From the human T2T-CHM13v2.0 reference genome, Homo sapiens: DNA of 64,000 nt. Shown here piece after piece: positions 54,601 to 64,000 of the stretch. The notes under the pieces were generated by a model, which was not told the DNA's origin, did not search any database, and saw only the letters and a list, made by a program, of their open reading frames with translations. The position numbers and the translations under genes are program-made. Position 1 is the first letter of the stretch. Every line of letters starts with the position of its first letter. The DNA is taken from NCBI RefSeq assembly GCF_009914755.1, contig NC_060946.1, one strand, 5' to 3'.

Positions 54601-57600
54601 TCTACTTTTTATACGTAATCCCGTTTCCAACGAAATCCTCCAAGCTATCCAAATATCCACTTGCAGATTCCACAGAAAGACTGTTTCAAAACTGCTCTGT
54701 CAATAGAAAGGTTCAACTCTGTTAGCTGCGTGCATATATCCCAAAGAAGATTCTGAGATTGCTTCTGTCTAGTTTTTATGGGAAGATATTTCCCTTTTCA
54801 CCGTAGGTGTCAAGGCGCTCCAAATGTCCACTTCCAGATACTACAAAAAGAGTGTTTCAAACCTACTCTGTGAAAAGGAATATTCAACTCTGTGACTTGA
54901 ATGCACATATCACAAAGAAGTTTCTGAGAATGCTTCTGTCGAGATTTTATATGAAGATATTCCCGTTTCCAACGAAATCCTGAAATCTATCCAAATATCC
55001 CCTCGCAGATTCTACAAAAAGAGTGTTTCAAAACTGCTCTGTAAAAAGAAAGGTTCAACTCTGTTAGTTGAGTACACACATCACAAACAAGTTTCACAGA
55101 ATGCTTCTTTCTAGCTTGTAGGGGAAGATATTCCCTTTATCACCATGGGCCTCCAACCGTCCGAAACGTCCACTTCCATATACTACAAAAAGAGCGTTTC
55201 AAACCTGCTCTAGGAAAGGCAATGTTCAACTCTGTGACTTGAATGCAGACATCACAGAGCAGTTTCTGAGAATGCTTCTGTCTAGATTTTATAGGAAGAT
55301 ATTCCCGTTTCCAACGAAATCTTCACAGCTATCCAAATATCCACTTGCAGATTCTACAAAAAGAGTGTATCAAAACTGCTCTGTCAAAAGGAAGGTTCTT
55401 CTCTGTTAGGTGAGTGCATACGTCATAAAGGAGTTTCTGAGAATGTTTCTGTCTAGTGGTTATGGGAAGATATTTGCTTTTTCACCGTAGGCCTCAGAGC
55501 GCTCCAAATATCCACTTGCACATACTACAAAAAGAGTGCCTCAAAGCTGCTCTCTGAAACGGAATGTTCAACTCTATGAGTTGAATGCAAACATCACAAA
55601 GACGTTTCTGAGAATGCTTCTGTCTAGATTTGATATGAAGATATTCCCGTTTCCAACGAAATCTTCAAATCTATCCAAATGTCCACTTGCAGATTCAACA
55701 AAAAGTGTTTTTCAGAACTGCTCTATCAAAAGAAAGATCCACCTCTGTTAGCTGAGTTCACACATCACAAACAAGTTTATGAGAATGCTTCTGTCTAGTT
55801 TTTATTTGAAGATATTTCCTTTCTCACCATAGACCTGAAAGCTGTCCTAATGTTCACTTCCAGATACTACAGAAAGAGTGTTTAAAAACTGCTGTACGAA
55901 AGGGAATGTTCAACTCTGTGACTTGAATGCACACATCACAAAGAAGTTTCTGAGGATGCTGCTGTCTACTTTTTATACGTAATCCCGTTTCCAACGAAAT
56001 CCTCCAAGCTATCCAAATATCCACTTGCAGATTCCACAGAAAGACTGTTTCAAAACTGCTCTGTCAATAGAAAGGTTCAACTCTGTTAGCTGCGTGCATA
56101 TATCCCAAAGAAGATTCTGAGATTGCTTCTGTCTAGTTTTTATGGGAAGATATTTCCCTTTTCACCGTAGGCGTCAAGGCGCTCCAAATGTCCACTTCCA
56201 GATACTACAAAAAGAGTGTTTCAAACCTACTCTGTGAAAGGGAATATTCAACTCTGTGACTTGAATGCACATATCACAAAGAAGTTTCTGAGAATGCTTC
56301 TGTCGAGATTTTATATGAAGATATTCCCGTTTCCAACGAAATCCTGAAATCTATCCAAATATCCCCTCGCAGATTCTACAAAAAGAGTGTTTCAAAACTG
56401 CTCTGTAAAAAGAAAGGTTCAACTCTGTTAGTTGAGTACACACATCACAAACAAGTTTCACAGAATGCTTCTTTCTAGCTTGTAGGGGAAGATATTCCCT
56501 TTATCACCATGGTCCTCAAACCGTCCGAAACGTCCACTTCCATATACTACAAAAAGAGCGTTTCAAACCTGCTCTAGGAAAGGCAATGTTCAACTCTGTG
56601 ACTTGAATGCAGACATCACAGAACAGTTTCTGAGAATGCTTCTGTCTAGATTTTATAGGAAGATATTCCCGTTTCCAACGAAATCTTCACAGCTATCCAA
56701 ATATCCACTTGCAGATTCTACAAAAAGAGTGTATCAAAACTGCTCTGTCAAAAGGAAGGTTCTTCTCTGTTAGGTGAGTGCATACGTCATAAAGGAGTTT
56801 CTGAGAATGTTTCTGTCTAGTGGTTATGGGAAGATATTTGCTTTTTCACCGTAGGCCTCAGAGCGCTCCAAATATCCACTTGCACATACTACAAAAAGAG
56901 TGCCTCAAAGCTGCTCTCTGAAACGGAATGTTCAACTCTATGAGTTGAATGCAAACATCACAAAGACGTTTCTGAGAATGCTTCTGTCTAGATTTGATAT
57001 GAAGATATTCCCGTTTCCAACGAAATCTTCAAATCTATCCAAATGTCCACTTGCAGATTCAACAAAAAGTGTTTTTCAGAACTGCTCTATCAAAAGAAAG
57101 ATCCACCTCTGTTAGCTGAGTTCACACATCACAAACAAGTTTATGAGAATGCTTCTGTCTAGTTTTTATTTGAAGATATTTCCTTTCTCACCATAGACCT
57201 GAAAGCTGTCCTAATGTTCACTTCCAGATACTACAGAAAGAGTGTTTCAAAACTGCTGTACGAAAGGGAATGTTCAACTCTGTGACTTGAATGCACACAT
57301 CACAAAGAAGTTTCTGAGGATGCTGCTGTCTACTTTTTATACGTAATCCCGTTTCCAACGAAATCCTCCAAGCTATCCAAATATCCACTTGCAGATTCCA
57401 CAGAAAGACTGTTTCAAAACTGCTCTGTCAATAGAAAGGTTCAACTCTGTTAGCTGCGTGCATATATCCCAAAGAAGATTCTGAGATTGCTTCTGTCTAG
57501 TTTTTATGGGAAGATATTTCCCTTTTCACCGTAGGCGTCAAGGCGCTCCAAATGTCCACTTCCAGATACTACAAAAAGAGTGTTTCAAACCTACTCTGTG

Positions 57601-60600
57601 AAAGCGAATATTCAACTCTGTGACTTGAATGCACATATCACAAAGAAGTTTCTGAGAATGCTTCTGTCGAGATTTTATATGAAGATGTTCCCGTTTCCAA
57701 CGAAATCCTGAAATCTATCCAAATATCACCTCGCAGATTCTACAAAAAGAGTGTTTCAAAACTGCTCTGTAAAAAGAAAGTTTCAACTCTGTTACTTGAG
57801 TACACACATCACAAACAAGTTTCACAGAATGCTTCTTTCTAGCTTGTAGGGGAAGATATTCCCTTTATCACCATGGTCCTCAAACCGTCCGAAACGTCCA
57901 CTTCCATATACTACAAAAAGAGCGTTTCAAACCTGCTCTATGAAAGGCAATGTTCAACTCTGTGACTTGAATGCAGACATCACAGAGCAGTTTCTGAGAA
58001 TGCTTCTGTCTAGATTTTATAGGAAGATATTCCCGTTTCCAACGAAATCTTCACAGCTATCCAAATATCCACTTGCAGATTCTACAAAAAGAGTGTATCA
58101 AAACTGCTCTGTCAAAAGGAAGGTTCTTCTCTTTTAGGTGAGTGCATACGTCATAAAGGAGTTTCTGAGAATGTTTCTGTCTAGTGGTTATGGGAAGATA
58201 TTTGCTTTTTCACCGTAGGCCTCAGAGCGCTCCAAATATCCACTTGCACATACTACAAAAAGAGTGCCTCAAAGCTGCTCTCTGAAACGGAATGTTCAAC
58301 TCTATGAGTTGAATGCAAACATCACAAAGACGTTTCTGAGAATGCTTCTGTCTAGATTTGATATGAAGATATTCCCGTTTCCAACGAAATCTTCAAATCT
58401 ATCCAAATGTCCACTTGCAGATTCAACAAAAAGTGTTTTTCAGAACTGCTCTATCAAAAGAAAGATCCACCTCTGTTAGCTGAGTTCACACATCACAAAC
58501 AAGTTTATGAGAATGCTTCTGTCTAGTTTTTATTTGAAGATATTTCCTTTCTCACCATAGACCTGAAAGCTGTCCTAATGTTCACTTCCAGATACTACAG
58601 AAAGAGTGTTTCAAAACTGCTGTACGAAAGGGAATGTTCAACTCTGTGACTTGAATGCACACATCACAAAGAAGTTTCTGAGGATGCTGCTGTCTACTTT
58701 TTATACGTAATCCCGTTTCCAACGAAATCCTCCAAGCTATCCAAATATCCACTTGCAGATTCCACAGAAAGACTGTTTCAAAACTGCTCTGTCAATAGAA
58801 AGGTTCAACTCTGTTAGCTGCGTGCATATATCCCAAAGAAGATTCTGAGATTGCTTCTGTCTAGTTTTTATGGGAAGATATTTCCCTTTTCACCGTAGGC
58901 GTCAAGGCGCTCCAAATGTCCACTTCCAGATACTACAAAAAGAGTGTTTCAAACCTACTCTGTGAAAGCGAATATTCAACTCTGTGACTTGAATGCACAT
59001 ATCACAAAGAAGTTTCTGAGAATGCTTCTGTCGAGATTTTATATGAAGATATTCCCGTTTCCAACGAAATCCTGAAATCTATCCAAATATCCCCTCGCAG
59101 ATTCTACAAAAAGAGTGTTTCAAAACTGCTCTGTAAAAAGAAAGGTTCAACTCTGTTAGTTGAGTACACACATCACAAACAAGTTTCACAGAATGCTTCT
59201 TTCTAGCTTGTAGGGGAAGATATTCCCTTTATCACCATGGGCCTCCAACCGTCCGAAACGTCCACTTCCATATACTACCAAAAGAGCGTTTCAAACCTGC
59301 TCTAGGAAAGGCAATGTTCAACTCTGTGACTTGAATGCAGACATCACAGAGCAGTTTCTGAGAATGCTTCTGTCTAGATTTTATAGGAAGATATTCCCGT
59401 TTCCAACGAAATCTTCACAGCTATCCAAATATCCACTTGCAGATTCTACAAAAAGAGTGTATCAAAACTGCTCTGTCAAAAGGAAGGTTCTTCTCTTTTA
59501 GGTGAGTGCATACGTCATAAAGGAGTTTCTGAGAATGTTTCTGTCTAGTGGTTATGGGAAGATATTTGCTTTTTCACCGTAGGCCTCAGAGCGCTCCAAA
59601 TATCCACTTGCACATACTACAAAAAGAGTGCCTCAAAGCTGCTCTCTGAAACGGAATGTTCAACTCTATGAGTTGAATGCAAACATCACAAAGACGTTTC
59701 TGAGAATGCTTCTGTCTAGATTTGATATGAAGATATTCCCGTTTCCAACGAAATCTTCAAATCTATCCAAATGTCCACTTGCAGATTCAACAAAAAGTGT
59801 TTTTCAGAACTGCTCTATCAAAAGAAAGATCCACCTCTGTTAGCTGAGTTCACACATCACAAACAAGTTTATGAGAATGCTTCTGTCTAGTTTTTATTTG
59901 AAGATATTTCCTTTCTCACCATAGACCTGAAAGCTGTCCTAATGTTCACTTCCAGATACTACAGAAAGAGTGTTTCAAAACTGCTGTACGAAAGGGAATG
60001 TTCAACTCTGTGACTTGAATGCACACATCACAAAGAAGTTTCTGAGGATGCTGCTGTCTACTTTTTATACGTAATCCCGTTTCCAACGAAATCCTCCAAG
60101 CTATCCAAATATCCACTTGCAGATTCCACAGAAAGACTGTTTCAAAACTGCTCTGTCAATAGAAAGGTTCAACTCTGTTAGCTGCGTGCATATATCTCAA
60201 AGAAGATTCTGAGATTGCTTCTGTCTAGTTTTTATGGGAAGATATTTCCCTTTTCACCGTAGGCGTCAAGGCGCTCCAAATGTCCACTTCCAGATACTAC
60301 AAAAAGAGTGTTTCAAACCTACTCTGTGAAAGCGAATATTCAACTCTGTGACTTGAATGCACATATCACAAAGAAGTTTCTGAGAATGCTTCTGTCGAGA
60401 TTTTATATGAAGATATTCCCGTTTCCAACGAAATCCTGAAATCTATCCAAATATCCCCTCGCAGATTCTACAAAAAGAGTGTTTCAAAACTGCTCTGTAA
60501 AAAGAAAGGTTCAACTCTGTTAGTTGAGTACACACATCACAAACAAGTTTCACAGAATGCTTCTTTCTAGCTTGTAGGGGAAGATATTCCCTTTATCACC

Positions 60601-63600
60601 ATGGGCCTCCAACCGTCCGAAACGTCCACTTCCATATACTACCAAAAGAGCGTTTCAAACCTGCTCTAGGAAAGGCAATGTTCAACTCTGTGACTTGAAT
60701 GCAGACATCACAGAGCAGTTTCTGAGAATGCTTCCGTCTAGATTTTATAGGAAGATATTCCCGTTTCCAACGAAATCTTCACAGCTATCCAAATATCCAC
60801 TTGCAGATTCTACAAAAAGAGTGTATCAAAACTGCTCTGTCAAAAGGAAGGTTCTTCTCTGTTAGGTGAGTGCATACGTCATAAAGGAGTTTCTGAGAAT
60901 GTTTCTGTCTAGTGGTTATGGGAAGATATTTGCTTTTTCACCGTAGGCCTCAGAGCGCTCCAAATATCCACTTGCACATACTACAAAAAGAGTGCCTCAA
61001 AGCTGCTCTCTGAAACGGAATGTTCAACTCTATGAGTTGAATGCAAACATCACAAAGACGTTTCTGAGAATGCTTCTGTCTAGATTTGATATGAAGATAT
61101 TCCCGTTTCCAACGAAATCTTCAAATCTATCCAAATGTCCACTTGCAGATTCAACAAAAAGTGTTTTTCAGAACTGCTCTATCAAAAGAAAGATCCACCT
61201 CTGTTAGCTGAGTTCACACATCACAAACAAGTTTATGAGAATGCTTCTGTCTAGTTTTTATTTGAAGATATTTCCTTTCTCACCATAGACCTGAAAGCTG
61301 TCCTAATGTTCACTTCCAGATACTACAGAAAGAGTGTTTCAAAACTGCTGTACGAAAGGGAATGTTCAACTCTGTGACTTGAATGCACACATCACAAAGA
61401 AGTTTCTGAGGATGCTGCTGTCTACTTTTTATACGTAATCCCGTTTCCAACGAAATCCTCCAAGCTATCCAAATATCCACTTGCAGATTCCACAGAAAGA
61501 CTGTTTCAAAACTGCTCTGTCAATAGAAAGGTTCAACTCTGTTAGCTGCGTGCATATATCCCAAAGAAGATTCTGAGATTGCTTCTGTCTAGTTTTTATG
61601 GGAAGATATTTCCCTTTTCACCGTAGGCGTCAAGGCGCTCCAAATGTCCACTTCCAGATACTACAAAAAGAGTGTTTCAAACCTACTCTGTGAAAGGGAA
61701 TATTCAACTCTGTGACTTGAATGCACATATCACAAAGAAGTTTCTGAGAATGCTTCTGTCGAGATTTTATATGAAGATATTCCCGTTTCCAACGAAATCC
61801 TGAAATCTATCCAAATATCCCCTCGCAGATTCTACAAAAAGAGTGTTTCAAAACTGTTCTGTAAAAAGAAAGGTTCAACTCTGTTAGTTGAGTACACACA
61901 TCACAAACAAGTATCACAGAATGCTTCTTTCTAGCTTGTAGGGGAAGATATTCCCTTTATCACCATGGGCCTCAAACCGTCCGAAACGTCCACTTCCATA
62001 TACTTCAAAAAGAGCGTTTCAAACCTGCTCTATGAAAGGCAATGTTCAACTCTGTGACTTGAATGCAGACATCACAGAGCTGTTTCTGAGAATGCTTCTG
62101 TCTAGATTTTATAGGAAGATATTCCCGTTTCCAACGAAATCTTCACAGCTATCCAAATATCCACTTGCAGATTCTACAAAAAGAGTGTATCCAAACTGCT
62201 CTGTCAAAAGGAAGGTTCTTCTCTGTTAGGTGAGTGCATACGTCATAAAGGAGTTTCTGAGAATGTTTCTGTCTAGTGGTTATGGGAAGATATTTGCTTT
62301 TTCACCGTAGGCCTCAGAGCGCTCCAAATATCCACTTGCACATACTACAAAAAGAGTGCCTCAAAGCTGCTCTCTGAAATGGAATGTTCAACTCTATGAG
62401 TTGAATGCAAACATCACAAAGACGTTTCTGAGAATGCTTCTGTCTAGATTTGATATGAAGATATTCCCGTTTCCAACGAAATCTTCAAATCTATCCAAAT
62501 GTCCACTTGCAGATTCAACAAAAAGTGTTTTTCAGAACTGCTCTATCAAAAGAAAGATCCACCTCTGTTAGCTGAGTTCACACATCCAAACAAGTTTATG
62601 AGAATGCTTCTGTCTAGTTTTTATTTGAAGATATTTCCTTTCTCACCATAGACCTGAAAGCTGTCCTAATGTTCACTTCCAGATACTACAGAAAGAGTGT
62701 TTAAAAACTGCTGTACGAAAGGGAATGTTCAACTCTGTGACTTGAATGCACACATCACAAAGAAGTTTCTGAGGATGCTGCTGTCTACTTTTTATACGTA
62801 ATCCCGTTTCCAACGAAATCCTCCAAGCTATCCAAATATCTACTTGCAGATTCCACAGAAAGACTGTTTCAAAACTGCTCTGTCAATAGAAAGGTTCAAC
62901 TCTGTTAGCTGCGTGCATATATCCCAAAGAAGTTTCTGAGATTGCTTCTGTCTAGTTTTTATGGGAAGATATTTCCCTTTTCACCGTAGGTGTCAAGGCG
63001 CTCCAAATGTCCACTTCCAGATACTACAAAAAGAGTGTTTCAAACCTACTCTGTGAAAGCGAATATTCAACTCTGTGACTTGAATGCACATATCACAAAG
63101 AAGTTTCTGAGAATGCTTCTGTCGAGATTTTATATGAAGATATTCCCGTTTCCAACGAAATCCTGAAATCTATCCAAATATCCCCTCGCAGATTCTACAA
63201 AAAGAGTGTTTCAAAACTGCTCTGTAAAAAGAAAGGTTCAACTCTGTTAGTTGAGTACACACATCACAAACAAGTTTCACAGAATGCTTCTTTCTAGCTT
63301 GTAGGGGAAGATATTCCCTTTATCACCATGGGCCTCCAACCGTCCGAAACATCCACTTCCATATACTACAAAAAGAGCGTTTCAAACCTGCTCTATGAAA
63401 GGCAATGTTCAACTCTGTGACTTGAATGCAGACATCACAGAGCAGTTTCTGAGAATGCTTCTGTCTAGATTTTATAGGAAGATATTCCCGTTTCCAACGA
63501 AATCTTCACAGCTATCCAAATATCCACTTGCAGATTCTACAAAAAGAGTGTATCAAAACTGCTCTGTCAAAAGGAAGGTTCTTCTCTGTTAGGTGAGTGC

Positions 63601-64000
63601 ATACGTCATAAAGGAGTTTCTGAGAATGTTTCTGTCTAGTGGTTATGGGAAGATATTTGCTTTTTCACCGTAGGCCTCAGAGCGCTCCAAATATCCACTT
63701 GCACATACTACAAAAAGAGTGCCTCAAAGCTGCTCTCTGAAACGGAATGTTCAACTCTATGAGTTGAATGCAAACATCACAAAGACGTTTCTGAGAATGC
63801 TTCTGTCTAGATTTGATATGAAGATATTCCCGTTTCCAACGAAATCTTCAAATCTATCCAAATGTCCACTTGCAGATTCAACAAAAAGTGTTTTTCAGAA
63901 CTGCTCTATCAAAAGAAAGATCCACCTCTGTTAGCTGAGTTCACACATCACAAACAAGTTTATGAGAATGCTTCTGTCTAGTTTTTATTTGAAGATATTT

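Larger units (their letters stand above)
1..64000 (-). repeat. Centromeric alpha-satellite higher-order repeat array: 8-mer HOR, 1364 bp, ~47 tandem copies, single orientation
   Basis: Seen: position 1 sequence (acttgaatgcacacatcacaaag) recurs at 1365. The repeated ORF starts are spaced 1364 bp apart, or 1363 bp where a copy has a 1-bp deletion. There is internal ~171-bp periodicity with alphoid motifs (gtttctgagaatgcttctgtctag, ttcaactctgtgacttgaatgca). The strand is given as the one on which the CENP-B box reads TTTCGTTGGAAACGGGA. Confidence 0.99.

Noticed and set aside
3383-63592. Repeated 65-aa ORF (MKGNVQLCDL...) present in only some HORs
   Set aside because: Its presence depends on one G/T variant (ctaGg versus ctaTg). 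Its similarity to the 71-aa ORF is monomer homology. It is useful only as a haplotype marker.
63-63844. Regularly spaced identical 17-mers resembling a CRISPR array
   Set aside because: These are CENP-B boxes. The intervening ~325 bp are themselves repeats rather than unique spacers, and there are no cas genes.
980-63934. Repeated 71-aa ORF (MPQSCSLKRNVQ...)
   Set aside because: A chance reading frame across alphoid monomers with a GTG start and no gene context. Its identity between copies reflects DNA homogenisation, and it is broken by a stop in HOR8.
1-64000. A previously undescribed gene system, mobile element or encoded message in the variant pattern
   Set aside because: I found no non-alphoid sequence. 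The variant patterns are explained by known duplication, conversion and CpG-decay processes.

Overview
The whole 64 kb window is one uninterrupted, single-orientation array of primate (most likely human) centromeric alpha satellite. It consists of ~171-bp monomers arranged as an 8-monomer higher-order repeat (HOR) of 1364 bp, about 47 copies, which are near-identical. A canonical CENP-B box occurs in every second monomer (4 per HOR, reading on the minus strand), alternating with pJalpha-type monomers. This is the dimeric pattern of an active HOR array. An 8-mer of this type best fits the chr14/chr22 array (D14Z9/D22Z1), but that assignment is from recall and was not verified by alignment. The 65/71-aa ORFs are repeat artefacts. 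I saw no genes, transposons, inversions or monomer-number variants, and I found no new biological system. The informative signal is a second layer of organisation carried by single-nucleotide variants between HOR copies: multi-HOR tandem duplications, blocks repeated ~40.9 kb and ~30.0 kb apart, recombinant HORs with narrow breakpoints, a divergent HOR lineage with nested mutations, and one duplicated CENP-B box knockout. HOR numbering starts at position 1 (HOR1 = 1-1364). Variants were read by eye and need computational confirmation.
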